NCBI GenBank assembly: GCA_965223085.1
Contig: OZ244981.1
Coordinates: forward strand, 4,289,161 to 4,353,160
DNA from: Gammaproteobacteria bacterium
GTDB taxonomy: Bacteria > Pseudomonadota > Gammaproteobacteria > Ga0077536
DNA length: 64,000 nucleotides
Direction: 5' to 3'
A model generated the notes under the pieces. It was not told the DNA's origin. It worked only from the letters and a program-made list of their open reading frames with translations, and did no database searches. This document shows, piece by piece, positions 9,457-20,156 of the stretch; within the stretch, counting starts at the first letter, position 1, and the number at the start of each line of letters is the position of its first letter. A program made the translations under genes and the position numbers.

Positions 9457-11520
9457 CTAGGCGGGGCCGAGCGCGGCAAGCGCTCCCAGATCGATGGATC
9501 CCGCCGCAATGAGCTGCTCTTGCCGCGTCGCAATACCACGTTGCAAACGCGCGTAACTCGACAATGCCCACAGCGGAAAGTAGCGGCTATAGCCATGATA
9601 GCGTAGGTAAAAGACACGCGGGAAACCCGTGCCGGTGTATGCGGCCTCGTCCCATTCGCCAGCCTCGTTTTGGGTTCTAAGGAGGTAGTCCACACCACGT
9701 TTTACGGCGCGTGAGTCGCCTTCGCCGACGGCCATAAGGCCGAGCAAAGCCCACGCTGTTTGCGACGCAGTGCTTGCTCCAACCCCGGCGAGCCTCGGCT
9801 CATCGTAAGTATTGCAGCTCTCGCCCCACCCGCCGTCTTCATTTTGAACGCGTTTTAGCCAGGCGATCGCGCGCAGCACGTAGGGTTCAGCGAGGTCCTC
9901 GCCGAGCACGCCCAAAGCGGCTAGCACACTCCAAGTACCGTAAATATAATTTACGCCCCAGCGACCGTACCACGCACCGTTATCTCTTTGGTCGCGCCGC
10001 AGAAATTCGAGCGCGCGGCGGATCGGTGGAAAGCTGCGATCGTAGCCGAGCATCGCCAGCATCTCGATGCAGCGCGCGGTCAGATCTGCCGTACCGGGAT
10101 CAACCAACGCACCGTGATCGGCAAACGGGATATTGTTTAAATACTCGTAATTATTTCCGATATCGAACGCCCCCCAGCTGCCGTCTTTGTTTTGCATGCC
10201 AAGGATCCAGTTAACGGCCTGATTAATACGCTTAACTTTATGCTCCTGCTCGTGACCTCCGGCGCGCAACAAGGCCATCAATACCATGCCGGTATCGTCG
10301 ACATCGGGATATTTATCGTTCTCGTACTGGAACGCCCAACCGCCCGGCACGAGGCCCGGCGCTTGATCGCACCAGTCACCGGGGACAAATATTTGTTGAT
10401 CAAATAACCATTCGACCGCACGTCGCACCTCTGGATGGGTCATCGTCGCGCCCGATTCAGTCAAAGCATTCAAACACAAGCACGTATCCCACACCGGCCC
10501 GACGCAGGGTTGACAGTACGTTTCTTCCTCGTTTTCTAACACCAGATCCTCTATCGCAGCGAGCGTACGCCGCAAATCACTGTCGTGCGGTTTAGCGCCC
10601 AACAATTTCAACGCCATCGCGGTATTCGCAATCGCCGGGAAAATAGCGCCTATGCCACCTTTTCCTTGGGCGTGCGCGCGCATCCATTTTTCAGCGCGAC
10701 GCACCGCTTGCGCACGCATGAATCGCGGCATTATCGGGTCGATCGTTTTCAATATTCGGTCGATGAGCAGAAATGCATTGGCAATGGGTTTGCCTCGCTT
10801 GAAGTGATCGAGGTGCTTCAAGTGTTCGGGATCAGTGCAAAACAGTTCGCCTATGCCCCGTTCCGCTGGTATTTTGCGCACTGGTCGATGCGCAAAAATA
10901 ATTAACAGCGGAACAATCACGCAGCGGGACCAATAGGAAACCTTGCTCAGGTTAAAAAACCACCATTTAGGCAGAAACATGATTTCCAGCGGCATCGCTG
11001 GCACCGTGCGCCACGGCAGTTGGCCAAAAATGGCTAAGGTGATGCGCGTAAAAACATTAACGCTTTCCGCGCCACCGTTCTCTAACACCCATTGCCGCGC
11101 CCGTGTCATATGCGGCGCTTGCGGATCGTCGCCCGCGAGTTTTAGCGCAAAATAGGTCTTTACGGTGGCACTCATGTCGCCCGCTCCACCGCAATACAGC
11201 GCCCAACTGCCGTTATCTTGTTGCCGCGCACGAAGATAGTTTGCGATCCGAGCCTCGCGTTCGGCATCGACAGTTCCCATAAAGTAGTGCAGAAATAGAT
11301 ATTCAGCAGGGATGGTCGTATCCGCCTCTAAATCAAAACGCCAGTGTCCATCCTCTGCTTGGCGCGACAGCAATGCTTGCGTGGCGCGTGCTAGTGCGGT
11401 TTCAACGGGGTTGCTGACCGGCTCGAGATAGTGAATGGTCGGCTGGCGAAGTACATCAATGTCGAGTTCTTCACCTGCGCCGACAGATGTCTGCGCGACA
11501 ATTTGATTTCGTTCGTTCAT
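9457..11520 (-). CDS. shc: squalene-hopene cyclase
   Basis: 687 aa with multiple QW repeats (QxxxGxW), the catalytic DVDDTGM (DxDD) motif and GGWGES near the C-terminus. Confidence 0.9.
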   Translation of the reverse strand: MNERNQIVAQTSVGAGEELDIDVLRQPTIHYLEPVSNPVETALARATQALLSRQAEDGHWRFDLEADTTIPAEYLFLHYFMGTVDAEREARIANYLRARQQDNGSWALYCGGAGDMSATVKTYFALKLAGDDPQAPHMTRARQWVLENGGAESVNVFTRITLAIFGQLPWRTVPAMPLEIMFLPKWWFFNLSKVSYWSRCVIVPLLIIFAHRPVRKIPAERGIGELFCTDPEHLKHLDHFKRGKPIANAFLLIDRILKTIDPIMPRFMRAQAVRRAEKWMRAHAQGKGGIGAIFPAIANTAMALKLLGAKPHDSDLRRTLAAIEDLVLENEEETYCQPCVGPVWDTCLCLNALTESGATMTHPEVRRAVEWLFDQQIFVPGDWCDQAPGLVPGGWAFQYENDKYPDVDDTGMVLMALLRAGGHEQEHKVKRINQAVNWILGMQNKDGSWGAFDIGNNYEYLNNIPFADHGALVDPGTADLTARCIEMLAMLGYDRSFPPIRRALEFLRRDQRDNGAWYGRWGVNYIYGTWSVLAALGVLGEDLAEPYVLRAIAWLKRVQNEDGGWGESCNTYDEPRLAGVGASTASQTAWALLGLMAVGEGDSRAVKRGVDYLLRTQNEAGEWDEAAYTGTGFPRVFYLRYHGYSRYFPLWALSSYARLQRGIATRQEQLIAAGSIDLGALAALGPA

Positions 11521-12183
11521 TCTTCTGCGTGTACTCTCAAACTTCTTGTTTAAGTGCTGCTCGGTTCGCGCGCTATCGCGTTCTACGCACGCCCGTCGCC
11601 TACGAGTTATAAGAACCGGTTATGTGCCAATAATTCCGCGGTAAACGAACCCGGCCCCCCGATATCCGAGTTCTGCGCGCCGTCGATCGCCCCCACGTCC
11701 ACCCTTGCTATCATGGCGGCAGGCACGCTGGAAACGCAGTATACCGGTAGCGAGTTCTGCATCGGTAACGGCGCCGGGCGGAAGACAACTTTGATTCAAG
11801 CGCTCACTAATCAAGTTGACAAAACGCAACAACATTCTATGCGAGAGCACCAGAAATGCAAGCGACCAGGCCAATCTTACGACAGATAAATCTTGGTTGT
11901 TGGATAATCACAACACTCTGTGGCTCTCGACGGCTGGCGATTGCCGCTGTTTACGACCGCAGCCTCGCTTGCTATCCGCGCCCGTCACCCCCATCGCCCG
12001 GTCATCGCACCAGGTGCGCACAGCGTTTGTGGCCGTAGTTTTGAGGTAACGCGCATTTTTTTATTACCTAACGGTAATGTAGCCGTGATCCAAATGGGAT
12101 CGCACTGGTTCACTATCGCGACCCTAACGCAATATCCGCGCTAAGCTCGCCACGTTTTCAGCGCGAACGCGTTATCATGGCGC

Positions 12184-13440
12184 GTGTTGAAAAATTCGCG
12201 TCCGAATTCGGACCAAGTAGCACGCGCCCGCACACCAAACGCTAGCGACGAGCCACGCCGCGTCGGTCTTGCAGTCACGGCCATGACAGCGGTGCAGACG
12301 ATCGTTACGGTGGCATCGCTGGTTGTGTCAATCGCCGCACCGGAGATCGCGCGCGACCTCGGTATTAGTGCCGAGTGGATCGGTATCTATGCATCCTTGA
12401 CCTTCATTGGTGCCATGCTGGGCGCACTCATGGCCGGTGGCTTTGTCCTCCGCTTTGGTGCGGTACGCTTCACGCAAATATTGACTGTGATCTGCGCGCT
12501 AGGCTTGCTTTTCTGCTTGGGCCCGCATTGGTTATTTCTGGCCGCTTCAGGTCTCGTCTGCGGCCTCGGTTACGGTCCCGCAACACCTGCAAGTAGTCAC
12601 GTTCTAACGCGACACACACCCGCGCATGCGTTGTCATTCGTGTTGTCCATCAAGCAGACCGGGGTGCCGCTCGGCGGCTTGCTGGCGGGTCTCGTCATAC
12701 CCCTGCTGATACTGCATTTCGGCTGGCGTGGATCGCTGTATGTGGTAGTCGCCATTCTCATCGTCACCGCGATCGCCTTGCAAAGCTGCCGGTCTACGTT
12801 CGATATCGACCCTCGTGCCGATACGCCACTAATTCGCGGTAATGTGCGCGCACCACTGCAACTCGTGCTCGGTCGCTCGGCGCTGCGGCGTCTGGCCCTC
12901 GCCGCGTTCTTTTTTTCAGCCACCCAGCAAAGCTACATCTATTATTTAGTGACTTATCTCGAAACGGATCTCGGGTGGACAAATCAACACGCCGGGATGG
13001 CCCTCTCCGCGCTCGGCGCGGGCGCAGTAATCGGGCGTATTTTGTGGGGCATTGTAGCGGATCGGCTCGTCGGGCGGAGCCACAGCATTCTCGCATTTCT
13101 CGCGCTCTGCAGCGCTATCGCGAGTACCGTTACCGCGTACTTTGGCACGCGTTGGCCGCTGTGGGCGATTTTCTCGATCTGCGCGCTGTTCGGTGCAACT
13201 GGCGCGGGCTGGAACGGTGTTTATCTTGCAGAGATCAGCCGCAGGGTCGGCCCACAGGAAGTCTCCTACGCGACGGGAGGCGGCCTTTCCCTGGCTTATC
13301 TCGGCGTCGTCATCATGCCGCCGGTATTTGCTTTATTGTTGACCGTAAACGGCGATTACACCCTACCCTACCTGAGTCTCGCCGTGGCGATGTACGCCGT
13401 GTTCGCACTCCTGCTACGCGCATCATCGACGCCTCCCTAG
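12184..13440 (+). CDS. MFS transporter
   Basis: 418 aa with 12 predicted TM helices and an MFS-like loop between TM2 and TM3. The true start is probably an internal Met near 12280. Confidence 0.7.
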   Translation: MLKNSRPNSDQVARARTPNASDEPRRVGLAVTAMTAVQTIVTVASLVVSIAAPEIARDLGISAEWIGIYASLTFIGAMLGALMAGGFVLRFGAVRFTQILTVICALGLLFCLGPHWLFLAASGLVCGLGYGPATPASSHVLTRHTPAHALSFVLSIKQTGVPLGGLLAGLVIPLLILHFGWRGSLYVVVAILIVTAIALQSCRSTFDIDPRADTPLIRGNVRAPLQLVLGRSALRRLALAAFFFSATQQSYIYYLVTYLETDLGWTNQHAGMALSALGAGAVIGRILWGIVADRLVGRSHSILAFLALCSAIASTVTAYFGTRWPLWAIFSICALFGATGAGWNGVYLAEISRRVGPQEVSYATGGGLSLAYLGVVIMPPVFALLLTVNGDYTLPYLSLAVAMYAVFALLLRASSTPP

Positions 13441-13568
13441 GGTATCCCGAGGCAACGCACCGGCAGCTGATTTACTCACCACTAGTAGTAACGATACTAG
13501 CTCGCCAATCTCGACGACCCGAAGTAAGTACGGGTAGCCGATGCCTCATCATCGTAGGCAACGGCATC

Positions 13569-13655
13569 GTTGGTGCCCGGAGCCGGAGTCGAACCGGCAC
13601 GGAGTTACCTCCGAGGGATTTTAAGTCCCTTGCGTCTACCAATTCCGCCACCCGG
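13569..13655 (-). tRNA. tRNA-Leu (anticodon UAA)
   Basis: The reverse complement reads GCCCGGGTGGCGGAATTGGTAGACGCAAGGGACTTAAAATCCC...GGTTCGACTCCGGCTCCGGGCACCA. It has a long variable arm, a TAA anticodon and CCA encoded. Confidence 0.9.
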
Positions 13656-13682
13656 GCATCGGGGACGACGTTTGCCATCATA

Positions 13683-13756
13683 AAATAAAATTTGGAGGCT
13701 GGGGTCGGAATCGAACCGGCGTAGACGGCTTTGCAGGCCGCTGCATAACCACTCTG
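13683..13756 (-). tRNA. tRNA-Cys (anticodon GCA)
   Basis: The reverse complement reads GGCTGGGTGGCAGAGTGGTTATGCAGCGGCCTGCAAAGCCGTCTACGCCGGTTCGATTCCGACCCCAGCCTCCA. Anticodon loop CTGCAAA. Confidence 0.9.
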
Positions 13757-13862
13757 CCACCCAGCCTTGCGCCACCACATCCGATGACGGTTATCTAATC
13801 GCTGCACAGCGATCCAGGCACTAAATAAAAACCCCGAGTTGCTCGGGGCCGCAGTGCTGATT

Positions 13863-13938
<76 letters not shown>

Positions 13939-14030
13939 TGCGCTATCGCAAGCTAGTCATTCTAGTCGGGCCTTGCAAGCTGTCAAGGACGGGCCCCAGC
14001 AAGACAAAAAAGCAAACGCGAATATTGCTT

Positions 14031-14582
14031 CTAGTCGCTCGTTAATTCCGGCCATGCAGCGCGTAAATAGGAACCCATCGACCACAGGGTCAGGGCGGTG
14101 GCGACGTAAAGGCACAACATGCCGAAGCTGTGCAAAGAAATTCCGGTGCCAGCTTGCGCCAATATCAACAAAACGATGGCGGTCATTTGACAAGCCGTTT
14201 TCGCTTTTCCAATCCATGACACAGCGACGTGGTTCCGCATGCCGAGCTCAGCCATCCATTCACGCAGCGCTGAGATCGCGATTTCACGACCAACAATAAC
14301 GGCCACCGGAAGGGCCATGATCACCGTCGGTTCGCGTTGCAAAAGCACGATCAAAACAACCGCAACCATTATCTTATCTGCGACGGGATCGAGAAACGCG
14401 CCCAATTTCGAGACCTGCCCTAGACGTCGCGCGAGATATCCGTCTAACCAATCAGTCACCGCGGCGGCGACAAACACCAGCGCTGCAAGGTAGGTGGTCA
14501 ACGGCGCGGGCAAATAAAACAAAGCCACGAAAATGGGAATCAGCGCCAGCCGCAATAGCGTCAATGTATTTGGAATATTCAC
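14031..14582 (-). CDS. pgsA: CDP-diacylglycerol--glycerol-3-phosphate 3-phosphatidyltransferase
   Basis: 183 aa with the N-terminus MNIPNTLTLLRLALIPIF and CDP-alcohol phosphatidyltransferase motifs (DxxDGxxAR...G...D). It sits in the conserved position between uvrC and the tRNA-Gly. Confidence 0.9.
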   Translation of the reverse strand: MNIPNTLTLLRLALIPIFVALFYLPAPLTTYLAALVFVAAAVTDWLDGYLARRLGQVSKLGAFLDPVADKIMVAVVLIVLLQREPTVIMALPVAVIVGREIAISALREWMAELGMRNHVAVSWIGKAKTACQMTAIVLLILAQAGTGISLHSFGMLCLYVATALTLWSMGSYLRAAWPELTSD

Positions 14583-14587
14583 CTGAT

Positions 14588-16456
14588 TTAATGCAATGCC
14601 TCGAAAATATGTTGCGCAAGTTGTTGGCTAATTCCCGGCACCCGTCGAATATCATCGACGCTGGCGCTGCTAAGGCCCCGCAAACCACCGAAATGCTGCA
14701 ACAAACGTTGGCGTCGTTTCGCACCCACGCCGGGTATTTGTTGTAGCGGTGAGTTGCTTCGCGATCGCGCCCGCGAGCGCCGATGCGCTTCGATTGCGAA
14801 ACGATGGGCTTCATCACGAATATGCTGAATCAAATGCAGGGCGATGGCGTCTTTGCGCAGGATTCGCTCTTCACTACCGTCGTGCATGATTAAGCGTTCC
14901 ATGCCAGGTTTGCGACTACTGCCTTTGGCCACACCCACGACTTGCAAGTCATCAATTTGCAGCGCTTGCAAGACTTCTAGCGCTTGCCTCACCTGCCCCT
15001 TGCCACCATCGATAAGCAATACCTCCGGCATCAGCGCCTCTTCTCGTTGCAAACGCGAGTAGCGCCGCGTGAGCGCCTGGGCCATCGCTGCGTAGTCGTC
15101 GCCGGGGGTAATTCCCTCGATGTTGAAGCGGCGATACTCGGATTTCATCGGGCCCTCGGGACCGAACACCACACAAGCGGCGACAGGTGCTTCGCCACGC
15201 GTATGACTAATATCGAAACACTCGATACGCTGCGGCAATTCAGCCAAGTCCAAGACGTCTCGCAAAGCCTCCATACGACGCCGATGATCCGCATCCATTG
15301 AGACGCGCTGAGATAAAGCCAGATCGGCATTACTCATCGCCATCTCTAACCATTTAGCGCGCGCACCCCTCACGGTGTGCCGCAAACGCACCGCGCTGCC
15401 GCGGCGTTCACTGAGTGCGGTCGTAATCAAGCCCGCGTCGTCGATCGCTTCGGAGAGCAGAATGTCGGGCGGTATGTCGCGATCTACGTCGGACGCTAGA
15501 TAAAATTGCCCGACGAATGCACCAAGCAACTCGCCGTCCGTAGCGTCGCGCGTATGGGCCGGGAAAAAGCTCTTATTGCCCAGATTTCGACCGCCGCGAA
15601 CAAAAAACACTTGCACGCAACCGTGACCGTCACGAGCTCTCGCCACCACGATATCGAAATCCCCAGCCGCGTTGTCGCCGGCTTCGTTACTCACGTGTTG
15701 CTCGGCTTGAACCCGCTGTAGTTTCGCGATTTGGTCCCGCAAGCGTGCAGCGCGTTCGTAATCGAGTGCCTCCGCAGCCCGCTCCATCTTCGCGATCAAA
15801 ACATCAATCACGTCCTGGCTACGCCCATTTAAAAAGAGCGTTGCATGATCGATATCGGCAGCGTACTCCGCCACGGACGTCGAACCAACGCAAGGCGCGG
15901 TGCAACGCTTGATTTGATATTGCAAACATGGTCGGCTGCGATTGCTAAAATAACTGTCCTCGCATTGCCGTATCATGAATAATTTTTGCAACAAATTAAT
16001 CGTTGCACGCACAGCACCGGCGCTCGGATAGGGGCCGAAATAGCGCCCGGGTTCGCGGCGCGAACCACGGTAAAAACTGATTCGGGGAAAATCGTGGTCA
16101 ATTTCGATGCGAATGTAGGGATAACTCTTGTCGTCCCTCAGTACGATGTTGTAACGCGGCCGCAGTTCTTTAATTAAATTGCTTTCTAGCAACAAAGCCT
16201 CGTTTTCGTTCCGCGTCGTAAGCACTTCGAAGCTGGTTACCTGACTTACCATGGCGCGCACTTTCGGCGTATGGGAGTCGAAGCGGGAGAAATAACTCGC
16301 CACACGTTTTTTGAGATCACGGGCTTTACCCACGTAGATAACTGCGCCGCGAGCATCGATCATGCGATAGATGCCGGGCAAATTCGGCAACCGACCACAA
16401 CGTGCCCTTAAGTTTTCCACCAACCCCGCCGGTCGGGTGCGCGTGGTCTCGCTCAT
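14588..16456 (-). CDS. uvrC: excinuclease ABC subunit C
   Basis: GIY-YIG N-terminus (PGIYRMIDARGAVIYVGKARDLKKRVASYF), a UvrBC-interaction region and a C-terminal RNaseH-like and HhH region (GVGAKRRQRLLQHFG). The ORF reads upstream to 16636, but the homologous start MSETT is at 16456 and overlaps the udg stop by 4 bp. Confidence 0.9.
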   Translation of the reverse strand: MSETTRTRPAGLVENLRARCGRLPNLPGIYRMIDARGAVIYVGKARDLKKRVASYFSRFDSHTPKVRAMVSQVTSFEVLTTRNENEALLLESNLIKELRPRYNIVLRDDKSYPYIRIEIDHDFPRISFYRGSRREPGRYFGPYPSAGAVRATINLLQKLFMIRQCEDSYFSNRSRPCLQYQIKRCTAPCVGSTSVAEYAADIDHATLFLNGRSQDVIDVLIAKMERAAEALDYERAARLRDQIAKLQRVQAEQHVSNEAGDNAAGDFDIVVARARDGHGCVQVFFVRGGRNLGNKSFFPAHTRDATDGELLGAFVGQFYLASDVDRDIPPDILLSEAIDDAGLITTALSERRGSAVRLRHTVRGARAKWLEMAMSNADLALSQRVSMDADHRRRMEALRDVLDLAELPQRIECFDISHTRGEAPVAACVVFGPEGPMKSEYRRFNIEGITPGDDYAAMAQALTRRYSRLQREEALMPEVLLIDGGKGQVRQALEVLQALQIDDLQVVGVAKGSSRKPGMERLIMHDGSEERILRKDAIALHLIQHIRDEAHRFAIEAHRRSRARSRSNSPLQQIPGVGAKRRQRLLQHFGGLRGLSSASVDDIRRVPGISQQLAQHIFEALH

Positions 16457-17094
16457 GTCGTTGAAACATCGCGAGCCGACGCTAAGACGGCGGTGAACAT
16501 CGACGCTGTTAGACGCCGAGTTTGGGTGTTGTAGCGCGAACAATGATAAGAATCGAATAACACCATTGAGGACGATAGGTCGTGGTGTGCGCCATGTTTG
16601 AACGGATACGCGCGCAGCGGTAAATCTAGTGCGCACAAGACAGCCTCATGCGCGATTCGGCCTAAGGCAACAACCGCACGGGGCGGTCGCTTGGCGGTCA
16701 ATTCGGTCACTAAATAACGGTTACAGATGCGGACTTCCGCGGCAAGCGGCTTATTTTGGGGGGGCAGACACTTCACTGCGTTGGTGATGCGACAATCGTG
16801 CAATTGCAATCCATCATCGATCGAGACAGCCTGCGCTTGATTGCTCATACCGAGCGCATACAGCGTCTCGTACAATAAGATCCCCGCGTGGTCGCCCGTG
16901 AAAGGGCGACCTGTAGCATTGGCACCGTGCATTCCCGGTGCGAGCCCAACGATCAACAGACGGGCCGCGGCGGCGCCGAACGGTGCAACCGGGCGCGCGT
17001 GATAATCTGGATATTGCACGCGCACGGCCGCGAGATGCGCGGCGAGGCGCGGACAAGCGGTGCAATTGCGATCGTACGCTAGAACCACAACCAA
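16453..17094 (-). CDS. uracil-DNA glycosylase, family 4
   Basis: 213 aa with two N-terminal Cys (CTACPRL, an Fe-S ligand pattern) and a GLAPGMHGANATGRPFTGD active-site block typical of family-4 UDGs. Confidence 0.8.
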   Translation of the reverse strand: MVVVLAYDRNCTACPRLAAHLAAVRVQYPDYHARPVAPFGAAAARLLIVGLAPGMHGANATGRPFTGDHAGILLYETLYALGMSNQAQAVSIDDGLQLHDCRITNAVKCLPPQNKPLAAEVRICNRYLVTELTAKRPPRAVVALGRIAHEAVLCALDLPLRAYPFKHGAHHDLSSSMVLFDSYHCSRYNTQTRRLTASMFTAVLASARDVSTT

Positions 17095-17237
17095 GGTCTC
17101 GGGCGCGCTACCATCAGGTTCGATAATTTACGCATTGCCCGCGACCCCCGGCAGCACAAAATATCGGAACCGTGACGGTCGAAACAATCTTACGCTTGCA
17201 CATCGCTCGCGCCCCGGGCAACGAAGCAGCCGTTTAG

Positions 17238-19703
17238 TCAAGCCGCATCGCTAACGGGGTGGTCCTGCGACACGCGTCCCCATAACTCCGTGGTTTCAAA
17301 GTCATCAACATCGATCGCACGCCGCACAGCTACTTGCGTTTGTCGCAACATCTCTGCTTCGGCGGCATCAAGCACGCCCGCGGACTCGGCGGTAGCGATA
17401 ACGTCATCGCCATAGCCATGAAGACGTGCCTCTTTGATTGCGGTGCGCAGCTTGCTGGCGGCCGCCGCGCTGTTCTCAACCAAGCGTACCGCATGCTCTA
17501 AGCAGCCAACGGGGTCTTCGGCGCGCTCGTTAAAATACATTCCGCGTGCTAGCGCAGCTCTAAATTCCACCGACCCCACCAACAGCTCGGCGACCCGAGC
17601 ATTGAGGCGGTCAGAAACTGGTTTCGTGCGTCGCCCCCAGGGAAATACGATACGGCGCAGCAGCCAAGAAATAGACCGCGACGGCAGATTCAATAAGATC
17701 TCGTGAAAACGCGCCTGGATCGCGAACAAGCCAGCGTGAAAAACATACTCAACCACCGGCAGATCACGCTCTGGCCGACCATCGTCTTCAAAACGTTTCA
17801 AGGTCGCGCTCAGTAAATAAAGTTCGCCGAGAATATCGGCAAAGCGTCCAGATAAGCTTTCTTTGCGTTTCAGGGCACCGCCTAGTTGGGCTAAAGCGAC
17901 ATCTGCGAGGAGCGCGAAGGAAGCGCTGGCCCGTTCTAGTTGCGCGTACCAATAGTTGACTTCGCCAACCGATGGATCGCTACCTATCCAGCCGCTGGTT
18001 AAATTTGCAAACAAAGCACGTGCCGCGTTGCGCGCCGTCCATCCAATGTGCCCCATTAAAGCGTGGTCGAAGGCCTCGATACCACGCGCCTCGTTATCTT
18101 CTTCGACTGCAGCTATTTCTTTGAGTAACCAGGGATGGCAACGTATCGCACCCTGCCCGAATATGATGAGCGAACGCGTCAGAATATTTGCGCCTTCTAC
18201 CGTAATTGCCACGGGGGCAGCGCGGTATGCGCCAAGCAAATAGTTTGCTGGCCCATCACACACAGCCCGCCCACCGTGAATGTCCATCGCATCCTTCAGA
18301 GACGCGCGCATGCGCTCCGTCGACTGGTACTTCAAGATGGCTGAAATTACCGCCGGTTCCTCGCCGCGATCAAGGGCACCGGCCGTGATCTCGCGCGCCG
18401 CATCAACCGCGTAAGTGTTGGCTGCGATCCGCGCCAACGCTTCTTGCACCCCCTCAAATTTACCGATTGGAATGCCAAATTGGCTACGCACCCGCGCATA
18501 AGCACCGGCGGTGCGAGCGCATAGTTTAAGGGCCGCGGTGCTGGACGCCGGTAGAGAAATTGAACGCCCCGCGGCGAGACAATTCATCAACATTCGCCAG
18601 CCATCGCCGCATCGCGCTTGCCCGCCAATAACCCATTCGATGGGAATGAACACGTCGCGTCCCGCGTTCGGTCCGTTTTGAATAGCTTGGCCACCGGGCA
18701 AGTGGCGCCGTCCGATTTCAACACCTGGATGGTCGCTGGGTAACAGTGCGAGCGTAATGCCAACATCAGGCTCGCCACCGAGTAAGCCGTCGGGATCATA
18801 GAGATGAAAAGCGAGTCCCAGCAACGTCGCCACCGGCCCCAAGGTGATATAGCGTTTCTCCCATGTGACAGAGATCCCTAGGACTTCTTGCCCCTCGCGC
18901 TCACGCTTGCAGACGATGCCAAAATCGGGGATAGCAGCGGCATCCGAACCCGCGAGCGGATTCGTTAAGGCAAAGCACGGCACTTCCTGGCCACGAGCGA
19001 GGCGCGGTAAGTAATAACCCCGTTGTTCTTCGGTGCCATATCTGAGCAATAGCTCCGCCGGCCCGAGAGAATTTGGCACCATTACATTGACCGCCGCCGT
19101 GCTGCAACGAGAGGCGAGTTTCGTTACAATGCAGGAATGTGCCCACGCGGAGAAGCCCAGGCCACCATATTCTTTCGGGATGATGATGCCGAGAAACCCT
19201 TCTTCTTTGAGGAACTGCCACGCCGTTGCAGGAATATCACCCAGTTCATGGTGAACCTCCCATTCCGTCACCATCTCGCACAATGTTTCGACGGGCCCGT
19301 CGAGAAAGGCCTGCTCGTGCTTACTCAAAGTCGCCTTGGGCAGTGCTAAGAGGCGCTGCCAGTTAGGCACGCCCGAGAACAGTTCCGCGTCAAACCAGAC
19401 GGTGCCGGCGTCAAGGGCGTCGCGCTCCGTCGGCGAAATCGTCGGCATTTCGCGTTTAAACAGTCGCAACGCCGGTTCAATCAAAAAACGCCGGCGCAGG
19501 CCTTGAAAATTTAAGGCCGACAATACCGCCCAGGTGATCCAGGCGGCGATCATCAAACTGCTCGCCCAACTGCCGCTGGCGAACTGGCCAACGAGGAGCA
19601 AGCCAACAGCAGCCAGCACCGTGGCGATGAGCCGTGGCGTGCCAAAGTACGCGAGCGTTCCCGCGAGCGTGATCAGCGCGATAAAAACGAACAAAAAATT
19701 CAT
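17238..19703 (-). CDS. fadE: acyl-CoA dehydrogenase FadE
   Basis: 821 aa with an N-terminal membrane segment followed by ACAD domains. Length and architecture match E. coli FadE (814 aa). Confidence 0.85.
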   Translation of the reverse strand: MNFLFVFIALITLAGTLAYFGTPRLIATVLAAVGLLLVGQFASGSWASSLMIAAWITWAVLSALNFQGLRRRFLIEPALRLFKREMPTISPTERDALDAGTVWFDAELFSGVPNWQRLLALPKATLSKHEQAFLDGPVETLCEMVTEWEVHHELGDIPATAWQFLKEEGFLGIIIPKEYGGLGFSAWAHSCIVTKLASRCSTAAVNVMVPNSLGPAELLLRYGTEEQRGYYLPRLARGQEVPCFALTNPLAGSDAAAIPDFGIVCKREREGQEVLGISVTWEKRYITLGPVATLLGLAFHLYDPDGLLGGEPDVGITLALLPSDHPGVEIGRRHLPGGQAIQNGPNAGRDVFIPIEWVIGGQARCGDGWRMLMNCLAAGRSISLPASSTAALKLCARTAGAYARVRSQFGIPIGKFEGVQEALARIAANTYAVDAAREITAGALDRGEEPAVISAILKYQSTERMRASLKDAMDIHGGRAVCDGPANYLLGAYRAAPVAITVEGANILTRSLIIFGQGAIRCHPWLLKEIAAVEEDNEARGIEAFDHALMGHIGWTARNAARALFANLTSGWIGSDPSVGEVNYWYAQLERASASFALLADVALAQLGGALKRKESLSGRFADILGELYLLSATLKRFEDDGRPERDLPVVEYVFHAGLFAIQARFHEILLNLPSRSISWLLRRIVFPWGRRTKPVSDRLNARVAELLVGSVEFRAALARGMYFNERAEDPVGCLEHAVRLVENSAAAASKLRTAIKEARLHGYGDDVIATAESAGVLDAAEAEMLRQTQVAVRRAIDVDDFETTELWGRVSQDHPVSDAA

Positions 19704-20156
19704 GCAGATGACCCCCTAATGTCGATATTCCACGTGCTTCACAGACCTGCCTCAGTCGCCATCGAACGACGCTATTTTGGCATCCATTAGCGCATTTTCA
19801 ACACACGGCAATATCCAGGCTAGACTGCGGCACCGCGCGCGCTATGTACGGCAAGTTTGGAAGGAGATTACAGAAGAAGAGGCTCGCGCCGGGGGATCTG
19901 GCTATTGGGGGAATGCGGGAGCCAGAGTTAGGAGGAACCGGCGCGAGCCTTAAAACGTACGCTATAGTATCGAGGATCGGAAAGCTGTGAAACTGTTCAC
20001 GTCTTGTCGGTTGTGCTGGTTTTCTACGATTTCTAATCTGAAACTTTAACTATAATCGTCAAGTTTTTGATCTGGAAAACTAATACCAAGCACTACGTGA
20101 TAAAGAACAGGTTCGGACGAAAGATCATCCGCAGAAAATGCAAACAGCGTCAAGAT

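Noticed and set aside
9774-10214. 146-aa plus-strand ORF inside shc
   Set aside because: It is antisense to the squalene-hopene cyclase gene and has an Arg-rich composition. It is an artefact.
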